Origin: Eledone cirrhosa
Lineage: Eukaryota
Assembly (NCBI GenBank): GCA_964016885.1
Contig: OZ024745.1
Coordinates: 9,920,001 to 9,984,000 of the forward strand
DNA length: 64,000 nt
Direction of reading: 5' to 3'
The translations under genes and the position numbers were made by a program. The first letter of the stretch is position 1. The number at the start of each line of letters is the position of its first letter. This document shows positions 40,501 through 55,500 of this stretch, one piece after another. The notes under the pieces are model-generated. The model had not been told where the DNA came from and searched no databases. It saw nothing but the letters and a program-made list of their open reading frames with translations.

Positions 40501-43500
40501 TTCATACAACCGAGTGTCTTGTTATATTCATACAACGCAGTGTCTTGTTATATTCATACAACCCAGTGTCGCTGTTATATTCATACAACCCAGTGTCTTG
40601 TTATATTCATACAACCCAGTGTCGCTGTTATATTCATACAACCCAGTGTCGCTGTTATATTCATACAACCCAGTGTCGCTGTTATATTCATACAACCGAG
40701 TGTCTTGTTATATTCATACAACCCAGTGTCTTGTTATATTCATACAACCGAGTGTCTTGTTATATTCATACAACCCAGTGTCTTGTTATATTCATACAAC
40801 CGAGTGTCTTGTTATATTCATACAACCCAGTGTCTTGTTATATTCATACAACCCAGTGTCGCTGTTATATTCATACAACCCAGTGTCGCTGTTATATTCA
40901 TACAACCCAGTGTCTTGTTATATTCATACAACCCAGTGTCGCTGTTATATTCATACAACCCAGTGTCGCTGTTATATTCATACAACCCAGTGTCGCTGTT
41001 ATATTCATACAACCGAGTGTCGCTGTTATATTCATACAACCCAGTGTCTTGTTATATTCATACAACCGAGTGTCTTGTTATATTCATACAACCCAGTGTC
41101 TTGTTATATTCATACAACCCAGTGTCGCTGTTATATTCATACAACCCAGTGTCGCTGTTATATTCATACAACCGAGTGTCTTGTTATATTCATACAACCC
41201 AGTGTCGCTGTTATATTCATACAACCCAGTGTCGCTGTTATATTCATACAACCCAGTGTCGCTGTTATATTCATACAACCCAGTGACTTGTTATATTCAT
41301 ACAACCCAGTGTCTTGTTATATTCATACAACCCAGTGTCTTGTTATATTCATACAACCCAGTGTCGCTGTTATATTCATACAACCCAGTGTCTTGTTATA
41401 TTCATACAACCCAGTGTCGCTGTTATATTCATACAACCCAGTGTCGCTGTTATATTCATACAACCGAGTGTCGCTGTTATATTCATACAACCCAGTGTCG
41501 CTGTTATATTCATACAACCGAGTGTCTTGTTATATTCATACAACCCAGTGTCGCTGTTATATTCATACAACCCAGTGTCACTGTTATATTCATACAACCC
41601 AGTGTCGCTGTTATATTCATACAACCCAGTGTCGCTGTTATATTCATACAACCGAGTGTCTTGTTATATTCATACAACCCAGTGTCTTGTTATATTCATA
41701 CAACCCAGTGTCGCTGTTATATTCATACAACCGAGTGTCTTGTTATATTCATACAACCGAGTGTCGCTGTTATATTCATACAACCCAGTGTCACTGTTAT
41801 ATTCATACAACCCAGTGTCGCTGTTATATTCATACAACCCAGTGTCTTGTTATATTCATACAACCGAGTGTCGCTGTTATATTCATACAACCGAGTGTCG
41901 CTGTTATATTCATACAACCCAGTGTCGCTGTTATATTCATACAACCCAGTGTCGCTGTTATATTCATACAACCGAGTGTCTTGTTATATTCATACAACCG
42001 AGTGTCGCTGTTATATTCATACAACCGAGTGTCTTGTTATATTCATACAACCGAGTGTCGCTGTTATATTCATACAACCGAGTGTCTTGTTATATTCATA
42101 CAACCCAGTGTCTTGTTATATTCATACAACCGAGTGTCGCTGTTATATTCATACAACCCAGTGTCTTGTTATATTCATACAACCGAGTGTCTTGTTATAT
42201 TCATACAACCCAGTGTCGCTGTTATATTCATACAACCCAGTGTCGCTGTTATATTCATACAACCCAGTGTCGCTGTTATATTCATACAACCCAGTGTCTT
42301 GTTATATTCATACAACCGAGTGTCTTGTTATATTCATACAACCGAGTGTCGCTGTTATATTCATACAACCCAGTGTCACTGTTATATTCATACAACCCAG
42401 TGTCGCTGTTATATTCATACAACCCAGTGTCTTGTTATATTCATACAACCGAGTGTCGCTGTTATATTCATACAACCGAGTGTCGCTGTTATATTCATAC
42501 AACCCAGTGTCGCTGTTATATTCATACAACCGAGTGTCGCTGTTATATTCATACAACCCAGTGTCGCTGTTATATTCATACAACCCAGTGTCGCTGTTAT
42601 ATTCATACAACCCAGTGTCGCTGTTATATTCATACAACCCAGTGTCGCTGTTATATTCATACAACCCAGTGTCGCTGTTATATTCATACAACCCAGTGTC
42701 GCTGTTATATTCATACAACCGAGTGTCTTGTTATATTCATACAACCCAGTGTCGCTGTTATATTCATACAACCGAGTGTCGCTGTTATATTCATACAACC
42801 CAGTGTCACTGTTATATTCATACAACCCAGTGTCGCTGTTATATTCATACAACCCAGTGTCTTGTTATATTCATACAACCGAGTGTCGCTGTTATATTCA
42901 TACAACCGAGTGTCGCTGTTATATTCATACAACCCAGTGTCGCTGTTATATTCATACAACCCAGTGTCGCTGTTATATTCATACAACCGAGTGTCTTGTT
43001 ATATTCATACAACCCAGTGTCTTGTTATATTCATACAACCCAGTGTCGCTGTTATATTCATACAACCCAGTGTCGCTGTTATATTCATACAACCGAGTGT
43101 CGCTGTTATATTCATACAACCCAGTGTCGCTGTTATATTCATACAACCCAGTGTCGCTGTTATATTCATACAACCCAGTGTCGCTGTTATATTCATACAA
43201 CCCAGTGTCGCTGTTATATTCATACAACCCAGTGTCGCTGTTATATTCATACAACCCAGTGTCTTGTTATATTCATACAACCCAGTGTCTTGTTATATTC
43301 ATACAACCGAGTGTCTTGTTATATTCATACAACCCAGTGTCTTGTTATATTCATACAACCCAGTGTCGCTGTGATATTCATACAACCCAGTGTCTTGTTA
43401 TATTCATACAACCGAGTGTCGCTGTTATATTCATACAACCCAGTGTCGCTGTTATATTCATACAACCCAGTGTCGCTGTTATATTCATACAACCCAGTGT

Positions 43501-46500
43501 CGCTGTTATATTCATACAACCCAGTGTCGCTGTTATATTCATACAACCCAGTGTCGCTGTTATATTCATACAACCGAGTGTCGCTGTTATATTCATACAA
43601 CCCAGTGTCTTGTTATATTCATACAACCGAGTGTCTTGTTATATTCATACAACCCAGTGTCTTGTTATATTCATACAACCCAGTGTCGCTGTTATATACA
43701 TACAACCCAGTGTCGCTGTTATATTCATACAACCCAGTGTCTTGTTATATTCATACAACCCAGTGTCGCTGTTATATTCATACAACCCAGTGTCGCTGTT
43801 ATATTCATACAACCCAGTGTCGCTGTTATATTCATACAACCGAGTGTCGCTGTTATATTCATACAACCCAGTGTCTTGTTATATTCATACAACCGAGTGT
43901 CTTGTTATATTCATACAACCCAGTGTCTTGTTATATTCATACAACCCAGTGTCGCTGTTATATTCATACAACCCAGTGTCGCTGTTATATTCATACAACC
44001 CAGTGTCTTGTTATATTCATACAACCCAGTGTCGCTGTTATATTCATACAACCCAGTGTCGCTGTTATATTCATACAACCCAGTGTCGCTGTTATATTCA
44101 TACAACCGAGTGTCTTGTTATATTCATACAACCCAGTGTCTTGTTATATTCATACAACCGAGTGTCTTGTTATATTCATACAACCCAGTGTCTTGTTATA
44201 TTCATACAACCGAGTGTCTTGTTATATTCATACAACCCAGTGTCTTGTTATATTCATACAACCCAGTGTCGCTGTTATATTCATACAACCCAGTGTCGCT
44301 GTTATATTCATACAACCCAGTGTCTTGTTATATTCATACAACCCAGTGTCGCTGTTATATTCATACAACCCAGTGTCGCTGTTATATTCATACAACCCAG
44401 TGTCGCTGTTATATTCATACAACCGAGTGTCGCTGTTATATTCATACAACCCAGTGTCTTGTTATATTCATACAACCGAGTGTCTTGTTATATTCATACA
44501 ACCCAGTGTCTTGTTATATTCATACAACCCAGTGTCGCTGTTATATTCATACAACCCAGTGTCGCTGTTATATTCATACAACCCAGTGTCTTGTTATATT
44601 CATACAACCCAGTGTCGCTGTTATATTCATACAACCCAGTGTTGCTGTTATATTCATACAACCCAGTGTCGCTGTTATATTCATACAACCCAGTGTCGCT
44701 GTTATATTCATACAACCCAGTGTCGCTGTTATATTCATACAACCCAGTGTCGCTGTTATATTCATACAACCCAGTGTCTTGTTATATTCATACAACCCAG
44801 TGTCTTGTTATATTCATACAACCCAGTGTCTTGTTATATTCATACAACCCAGTGTCGCTGTTATATTCATACAACCCAGTGTCTTGTTATATTCATACAA
44901 CCCAGTGTCGCTGTTATATTCATACAACCCAGTGTCGCTGTTATATTCATACAACCGAGTGTCGCTGTTATATTCATACAACCCAGTGTCGCTGTTATAT
45001 TCATACAACCGAGTGTCTTGTTATATTCATACAACCCAGTGTCGCTGTTATATTCATACAACCCAGTGTCACTGTTATATTCATACAACCCAGTGTCGCT
45101 GTTATATTCATACAACCCAGTGTCGCTGTTATATTCATACAACCGAGTGTCTTGTTATATTCATACAACCCAGTGTCTTGTTATATTCATACAACCCAGT
45201 GTCGCTGTTATATTCATACAACCGAGTGTCTTGTCATATTCATACAACCGAGTGTCGCTGTTATATTCATACAACCCAGTGTCACTGTTATATTCATACA
45301 ACCCAGTGTCGCTGTTATATTCATACAACCCAGTGTCTTGTTATATTCATACAACCGAGTGTCGCTGTTATATTCATACAACCGAGTGTCGCTGTTATAT
45401 TCATACAACCCAGTGTCGCTGTTATATTCATACAACCGAGTGTCTTGTTATATTCATACAACCCAGTGTCGCTGTTATATTCATACAACCCAGTGTCTTG
45501 TTATATTCATACAACCGAGTGTCGCTGTTATATTCATACAACCGAGTGTCGCTGTTATATTCATACAACCCAGTGTCGCTGTTATATTCATACAACCGAG
45601 TGTCTTGTTATATTCATACAACCGAGTGTCGCTGTTATATTCATACAACCGAGTGTCTTGTTATATTCATACAACCGAGTGTCGCTGTTATATTCATACA
45701 ACCGAGTGTCTTGTTATATTCATACAACCCAGTGTCGCTGTTATATTCATACAACCCAGTGTCGCTGTTATATTCATACAACCCAGTGTCGCTGTTATAT
45801 TCATACAACCCAGTGTCTTGTTATATTCATACAACCGAGTGTCTTGTTATATTCATACAACCGAGTGTCGCTGTTATATTCATACAACCCAGTGTCACTG
45901 TTATATTCATACAACCCAGTGTCGCTGTTATATTCATACAACCCAGTGTCTTGTTATATTCATACAACCGAGTGTCGCTGTTATATTCATACAACCGAGT
46001 GTCGCTGTTATATTCATACAACCCAGTGTCACTGTTATATTCATACAACCCAGTGTCGCTGTTATATTCATACAACCCAGTGTCTTGTTATATTCATACA
46101 ACCCAGTGTCGCTGTTATATTCATACAACCGAGTGTCGCTGTTATATTCATACAACCCAGTGTCACTGTTATATTCATACAACCCAGTGTCGCTGTTATA
46201 TTCATACAACCCAGTGTCTTGTTATATTCATACAACCGAGTGTCTTGTTATATTCATACAACCGAGTGTCGCTGTTATATTCATACAACCCAGTGTCGCT
46301 GTTATATTCATACAACCCAGTGTCGCTGTTATATTCATACAACCGAGTGTCGCTGTTATATTCATACAACCCAGTGTCGCTGTTATATTCATACAACCCA
46401 GTGTCGCTGTTATATTCATACAACCCAGTGTCGCTGTTATATTCATACAACCGAGTGTCTTGTTATATTCATACAACCCAGTGTCGCTGTTATATTCATA

Positions 46501-49500
46501 CAACCCAGTGTCTCTGTTATATTCATACAACCGAGTGTCTTGTTATATTCATACAACCCAGTGTCGCTGTTATATTCATACAACCGAGTGTCTTGTTATA
46601 TTCATACAACCGAGTGTCTTGTTATATTCATACAACCCAGTGTCTTGTTATATTCATACAACCCAGTGTCGCTGTTATATTCATACAACCCAGTGTCGCT
46701 GTTATATTCATACAACCCAGTGTCGCTGTTATATTCATACAACCCAGTGTCTTGTTATATTCATACAACCGAGTGTCTTGTTATATTCATACAACCGAGT
46801 GTCGCTGTTATATTCATACAACCCAGTGTCACTGTTATATTCATACAACCCAGTGTCGCTGTTATATTCATACAACCAGTGTCTTGTTATATTCATACAA
46901 CCGAGTGTCGCTGTTATATTCATACAACCGAGTGTCGCTGTTATATTCATACAACCCAGTGTCGCTGTTATATTCATACAACCGAGTGTCGCTGTTATAT
47001 TCATACAACCCAGTGTCGCTGTTATATTCATACAACCGAGTGTCGCTGTTATATTCATACAACCCAGTGTCGCTGTTATATTCATACAACCCAGTGTCGC
47101 TGTTATATTCATACAACCCAGTGTCGCTGTTATATTCATACAACCCAGTGTCGCTGTTATATTCATACAACCGAGTGTCTTGTTATATTCATACAACCCA
47201 GTGTCGCTGTTATATTCATACAACCGAGTGTCGCTGTTATATTCATACAACCCAGTGTCACTGTTATATTCATACAACCCAGTGTCGCTGTTATATTCAT
47301 ACAACCCAGTGTCTTGTTATATTCATACAACCGAGTGTCGCTGTTATATTCATACAACCGAGTGTCGCTGTTATATTCATACAACCCAGTGTCGCTGTTA
47401 TATTCATACAACCCAGTGTCGCTGTTATATTCATACAACCGAGTGTCTTGTTATATTCATACAACCCAGTGTCTTGTTATATTCATACAACCCAGTGTCG
47501 CTGTTATATTCATACAACCCAGTGTCGCTGTTATATTCATACAACCGAGTGTCGCTGTTATATTCATACAACCCAGTGTCGCTGTTATATTCATACAACC
47601 CAGTGTCGCTGTTATATTCATACAACCCAGTGTCGCTGTTATATTCATACAACCCAGTGTCGCTGTTATATTCATACAACCCAGTGTCGCTGTTATATTC
47701 ATACAACCCAGTGTCTTGTTATATTCATACAACCCAGTGTCTTGTTATATTCATACAACCGAGTGTCTTGTTATATTCATACAACCCAGTGTCTTGTTAT
47801 ATTCATACAACCCAGTGTCGCTGTGATATTCATACAACCCAGTGTCTTGTTATATTCATACAACCGAGTGTCGCTGTTATATTCATACAACCCAGTGTCG
47901 CTGTTATATTCATACAACCCAGTGTCGCTGTTATATTCATACAACCCAGTGTCGCTGTTATATTCATACAACCCAGTGTCGCTGTTATATTCATACAACC
48001 CAGTGTCGCTGTTATATTCATACAACCGAGTGTCGCTGTTATATTCATACAACCCAGTGTCTTGTTATATTCATACAACCGAGTGTCTTGTTATATTCAT
48101 ACAACCCAGTGTCGCTGTTATATTCATACAACCCAGTGTCGCTGTTATATACATACAACCCAGTGTCGCTGTTATATTCATACAACCCAGTGTCTTGTTA
48201 TATTCATACAACCCAGTGTCGCTGTTATATTCATACAACCCAGTGTCGCTGTTATATTCATACAACCCAGTGTCGCTGTTATATTCATACAACCGAGTGT
48301 CGCTGTTATATTCATACAACCCAGTGTCTTGTTATATTCATACAACCGAGTGTCTTGTTATATTCATACAACCCAGTGTCTTGTTATATTCATACAACCC
48401 AGTGTCGCTGTTATATACATACAACCCAGTGTCGCTGTTATATTCATACAACCCAGTGTCTTGTTATATTCATACAACCCAGTGTCGCTGTTATATTCAT
48501 ACAACCCAGTGTCGCTGTTATATTCATACAACCCAGTGTCGCTGTTATATTCATACAACCGAGTGTCGCTGTTATATTCATACAACCCAGTGTCTTGTTA
48601 TATTCATACAACCGAGTGTCTTGTTATATTCATACAACCCAGTGTCTTGTTATATTCATACAACCCAGTGTCGCTGTTATATTCATACAACCCAGTGTCG
48701 CTGTTATATTCATACAACCCAGTGTCTTGTTATATTCATACAACCCAGTGTCGCTGTTATATTCATACAACCCAGTGTCGCTGTTATATTCATACAACCC
48801 AGTGTCGCTGTTATATTCATACAACCGAGTGTCTTGTTATATTCATACAACCCAGTGTCTTGTTATATTCATACAACCGAGTGTCTTGTTATATTCATAC
48901 AACCCAGTGTCTTGTTATATTCATACAACCGAGTGTCTTGTTATATTCATACAACCCAGTGTCTTGTTATATTCATACAACCCAGTGTCGCTGTTATATT
49001 CATACAACCCAGTGTCGCTGTTATATTCATACAACCCAGTGTCTTGTTATATTCATACAACCCAGTGTCGCTGTTATATTCATACAACCCAGTGTCGCTG
49101 TTATATTCATACAACCCAGTGTCGCTGTTATATTCATACAACCGAGTGTCGCTGTTATATTCATACAACCCAGTGTCTTGTTATATTCATACAACCGAGT
49201 GTCTTGTTATATTCATACAACCCAGTGTCTTGTTATATTCATACAACCCAGTGTCGCTGTTATATTCATACAACCCAGTGTCGCTGTTATATTCATACAA
49301 CCCAGTGTCTTGTTATATTCATACAACCCAGTGTCGCTGTTATATTCATACAACCCAGTGTCGCTGTTATATTCATACAACCCAGTGTCGCTGTTATATT
49401 CATACAACCCAGTGTCGCTGTTATATTCATACAACCCAGTGTCGCTGTTATATTCATACAACCCAGTGTCGCTGTTATATTCATACAACCCAGTGTCTTG

Positions 49501-52500
49501 TTATATTCATACAACCCAGTGTCTTGTTATATTCATACAACCCAGTGTCTTGTTATATTCATACAACCCAGTGTCGCTGTTATATTCATACAACCCAGTG
49601 TCTTGTTATATTCATACAACCCAGTGTCGCTGTTATATTCATACAACCCAGTGTCGCTGTTATATTCATACAACCGAGTGTCGCTGTTATATTCATACAA
49701 CCCAGTGTCGCTGTTATATTCATACAACCGAGTGTCTTGTTATATTCATACAACCCAGTGTCGCTGTTATATTCATACAACCCAGTGTCACTGTTATATT
49801 CATACAACCCAGTGTCGCTGTTATATTCATACAACCCAGTGTCGCTGTTATATTCATACAACCGAGTGTCTTGTTATATTCATACAACCCAGTGTCTTGT
49901 TATATTCATACAACCCAGTGTCGCTGTTATATTCATACAACCGAGTGTCTTGTTATATTCATACAACCGAGTGTCGCTGTTATATTCATACAACCCAGTG
50001 TCACTGTTATATTCATACAACCCAGTGTCGCTGTTATATTCATACAACCCAGTGTCTTGTTATATTCATACAACCGAGTGTCGCTGTTATATTCATACAA
50101 CCGAGTGTCGCTGTTATATTCATACAACCCAGTGTCGCTGTTATATTCATACAACCGAGTGTCTTGTTATATTCATACAACCCAGTGTCGCTGTTATATT
50201 CATACAACCCAGTGTCTTGTTATATTCATACAACCGAGTGTCGCTGTTATATTCATACAACCGAGTGTCGCTGTTATATTCATACAACCCAGTGTCGCTG
50301 TTATATTCATACAACCGAGTGTCTTGTTATATTCATACAACCGAGTGTCGCTGTTATATTCATACAACCGAGTGTCTTGTTATATTCATACAACCGAGTG
50401 TCGCTGTTATATTCATACAACCGAGTGTCTTGTTATATTCATACAACCCAGTGTCGCTGTTATATTCATACAACCCAGTGTCGCTGTTATATTCATACAA
50501 CCCAGTGTCGCTGTTATATTCATACAACCCAGTGTCTTGTTATATTCATACAACCGAGTGTCTTGTTATATTCATACAACCGAGTGTCGCTGTTATATTC
50601 ATACAACCCAGTGTCACTGTTATATTCATACAACCCAGTGTCGCTGTTATATTCATACAACCCAGTGTCTTGTTATATTCATACAACCGAGTGTCGCTGT
50701 TATATTCATACAACCGAGTGTCGCTGTTATATTCATACAACCCAGTGTCACTGTTATATTCATACAACCCAGTGTCGCTGTTATATTCATACAACCCAGT
50801 GTCTTGTTATATTCATACAACCGAGTGTCTTGTTATATTCATACAACCGAGTGTCGCTGTTATATTCATACAACCCAGTGTCGCTGTTATATTCATACAA
50901 CCCAGTGTCGCTGTTATATTCATACAACCGAGTGTCGCTGTTATATTCATACAACCCAGTGTCGCTGTTATATTCATACAACCCAGTGTCGCTGTTATAT
51001 TCATACAACCCAGTGTCGCTGTTATATTCATACAACCGAGTGTCTTGTAATATTCATACAACCCAGTGTCGCTGTTATATTCATACAACCCAGTGTCTCT
51101 GTTATATTCATACAACCGAGTGTCTTGTTATATTCATACAACCCAGTGTCGCTGTTATATTCATACAACCGAGTGTCTTGTTATATTCATACAACCGAGT
51201 GTCTTGTTATATTCATACAACCCAGTGTCTTGTTATATTCATACAACCCAGTGTCGCTGTTATATTCATACAACCCAGTGTCTTGTTATATTCATACAAC
51301 CCAGTGTCGCTGTTATATTCATACAACCGAGTGTCTTGTTATATTCATACAACCCAGTGTCGCTGTTATATTCATACAACCCAGTGTCTTGTTATATTCA
51401 TACAACCGAGTGTCTTGTTATATTCATACAACCCAGTGTCGCTGTTATATTCATACAACCCAGTGTCGCTGTTATATTCATACAACCGAGTGTCTTGTTA
51501 TATTCATACAACCCAGTGTCTTGTTATATTCATACAACCGAGTGTCGCTGTTATATTCATACAACCCAGTGTCGCTGTTATATTCATACAACCCAGTGTC
51601 TTGTTATATTCATACAACCCAGTGTCGCTGTTATATTCATACAACCGAGTGTCTTGTTATATTCATACAACCCAGTGTCGCTGTTATATTCATACAACCG
51701 AGTGTCTTGTTATATTCATACAACCGAGTGTCTTGTTATATTCATACAACCCAGTGTCTTGTTATATTCATACAACCCAGTGTCGCTGTTATATTCATAC
51801 AACCCAGTGTCGCTGTTATATTCATACAACCGAGTGTCGCTGTTATATTCATACAACCGAGTGTCTTGTTATATTCATACAACCGAGTGTCTTGTTATAT
51901 TCATACAACCCAGTGTCGCTGTTATATTCATACAACCCAGTGTCTTGTTATATTCATACAACCCAGTGTCTTGTTATATTCATACAACCCAGTGTCTTGT
52001 TATATTCATACAACCCAGTGTCTTGTTATATTCATACAACCCAGTGTCTTGTTATATTCATACAACCCAGTGTCGCTGTTATATTCATACAACCCAGTGT
52101 CGCTGTTATATTCATACAACCCAGTGTCGCTGTTATATTCATACAACCGAGTGTCTTGTTATATTCATACAACCCAGTGTCGCTGTTATATTCATACAAC
52201 CGAGTGTCTTGTTATATTCATACAACCCAGTGTCGCTGTTATATTCATACAACCCAGTGTCTTGTTATATTCATACAACCCAGTGTCGCTGTTATATTCA
52301 TACAACCGAGTGTCTTGTTATATTCATACAACCCAGTGTCGCTGTTATATTCATACAACCCAGTGTCTTGTTATATTCATACAACCCAGTGTCTTGTTAT
52401 ATTCATACAACCCAGTGTCTTGTTATATTCATACAACCCAGTGTCTTGTTATATTCATACAACCCAGTGTCGCTGTTATATTCATACAACCGAGTGTCTT

Positions 52501-55500
52501 GTTATATTCATACAACCCAGTGTCTTGTTATATTCATACAACCCAGTGTCGCTGTTATATTCATACAACCCAGTGTCTTGTTATATTCATACAACCCAGT
52601 GTCGCTGTTATATTCATACAACCGAGTGTCTTGTTATATTCATACAACCCAGTGTCGCTGTTATATTCATACAACCCAGTGTCGCTGTTATATTCATACA
52701 ACCCAGTGTCGCTGTTATATTCATACAACCGAGTGTCTTGTTATATTCATACAACCCAGTGTCGCTGTTATATTCATACAACCCAGTGTCGCTGTTATAT
52801 TCATACAACCCAGTGTCGCTGTTATATTCATACAACCCAGTGTCGCTGTTATATTCATACAACCCAGTGTCGCTGTTATATTCATACAACCCAGTGTCTT
52901 GTTATATTCATACAACCCAGTGTCGCTGTTATATTCATACAACCCAGTGTCGCTGTTATATTCATACAACCCAGTGTCGCTGTTATATTCATACAACCGA
53001 GTGTCTTGTTATATTCATACAACCCAGTGTCGCTGTTATATTCATACAACCCAGTGTCGCTGTTATATTCATACAACCCAGTGTCTTGTTATATTCATAC
53101 AACCCAGTGTCTTGTTATATTCATACAACCGAGTGTCTTGTTATATTCATACAACCCAGTGTCTTGTTATATTCATACAACCCAGTGTCGCTGTTATATT
53201 CATACAACCGAGTGTCTTGTTATATTCATACAACCCAGTGTCGCTGTTATATTCATACAACCCAGTGTCGCTGTTATATTCATACAACCCAGTGTCGCTG
53301 TTATATTCATACAACCCAGTGTCGCTGTTATATTCATACAACCCAGTGTCGCTGTTATATTCATACAACCCAGTGTCGCTGTTATATTCATACAACCCAG
53401 TGTCGCTGTTATATTCATACAACCGAGTGTCTTGTTATATTCATACAACCCAGTGTCGCTGTTATATTCATACAACCCAGTGTCGCTGTTATATTCATAC
53501 AACCCAGTGTCGCTGTTATATTCATACAACCGAGTGTCTTGTTATATTCATACAACCGAGTGTCTTGTTATATTCATACAACCGAGTGTCTTGTTATATT
53601 CATACAACCCAGTGTCGCTGTTATATTCATACAACCCAGTGTCGCTGTTATATTCATACAACCCAGTGTCGCTGTTATATTCATACAACCGAGTGTCTTG
53701 TTATATTCATACAACCGAGTGTCTTGTTATATTCATACAACCGAGTGTCTTGTTATATTCATACAACCCAGTGTCGCTGTTATATTCATACAACCCAGTG
53801 TCGCTGTTATATTCATACAACCCAGTGTCGCTGTTATATTCATACAACCCAGTGTCGCTGTTATATTCATACAACCCAGTGTCGCTGTTATATTCATACA
53901 ACCCAGTGTCGCTGTTATATTCATACAACCGAGTGTCTTGTTATATTCATACAACCCAGTGTCGCTGTTATATTCATACAACCCAGTGTCTTGTTATATT
54001 CATACAACCCAGTGTCTTGTTATATTCATACAACCCAGTGTCGCTGTTATATTCATACAACCCAGTGTCGCTGTTATATTCATACAACCCAGTGTCGCTG
54101 TTATATTCATACAACCCAGTGTCGCTGTTATATTCATACAACCCAGTGTCGCTGTTATATTCATACAACCCAGTGTCGCTGTTATATTCATACAACCGAG
54201 TGTCTTGTTATATTCATACAACCCAGTGTCTTGTTATATTCATACAACCCAGTGTCTTGTTATATTCATACAACCCAGTGTCGCTGTTATATTCATACAA
54301 CCGAGTGTCTTGTTATATTCATACAACCCAGTGTCGCTGTTATATTCATACAACCCAGTGTCGCTGTTATATTCATACAACCGAGTGTCTTGTTATATTC
54401 ATACAACCCAGTGTCGCTGTTATATTCATACAACCCAGTGTCGCTGTTATATTCATACAACCCAGTGTCGCTGTTATATTCATACAACCCAGTGTCGCTG
54501 TTATATTCATACAACCGAGTGTCTTGTTATATTCATACAACCCAGTGTCTTGTTATATTCATACAACCGAGTGTCTTGTTATATTCATACAACCCAGTGT
54601 CGCTGTTATATTCATACAACCCAGTGTCGCTGTTATATTCATACAACCCAGTGTCGCTGTTATATTCATACAACCGAGTGTCTTGTTATATTCATACAAC
54701 CCAGTGTCGCTGTTATATTCATACAACCCAGTGTCGCTGTTATATTCATACAACCGAGTGTCTTGTTATATTCATACAACCCAGTGTCGCTGTTATATTC
54801 ATACAACCCAGTGTCGCTGTTATATTCATACAACCGAGTGTCTTGTTATATTCATACAACCCAGTGTCTTGTTATATTCATACAACCCAGTGTCGCTGTT
54901 ATATTCATACAACCCAGTGTCGCTGTTATATTCATACAACCCAGTGTCGCTGTTATATTCATACAACCCAGTGTCGCTGTTATATTCATACAACCCAGTG
55001 TCGCTGTTATATTCATACAACCCAGTGTCGCTGTTATATTCATACAACCCAGTGTCTTGTTATATTCATACAACCCAGTGTCTTGTTATATTCATACAAC
55101 CCAGTGTCTTGTTATATTCATACAACCCAGTGTCTTGTTATATTCATACAACCCAGTGTCTTGTTATATTCATACAACCCAGTGTCTTGTTATATTCATA
55201 CAACCCAGTGTCGCTGTTATATTCATACAACCCAGTGTCGCTGTTATATTCATACAACCGAGTGTCTTGTTATATTCATACAACCCAGTGTCGCTGTTAT
55301 ATTCATACAACCGAGTGTCTTGTTATATTCATACAACCGAGTGTCTTGTTATATTCATACAACCCAGTGTCGCTGTTATATTCATACAACCCAGTGTCTT
55401 GTTATATTCATACAACCGAGTGTCTTGTTATATTCATACAACCCAGTGTCTTGTTATATTCATACAACCCAGTGTCGCTGTTATATTCATACAACCGAGT

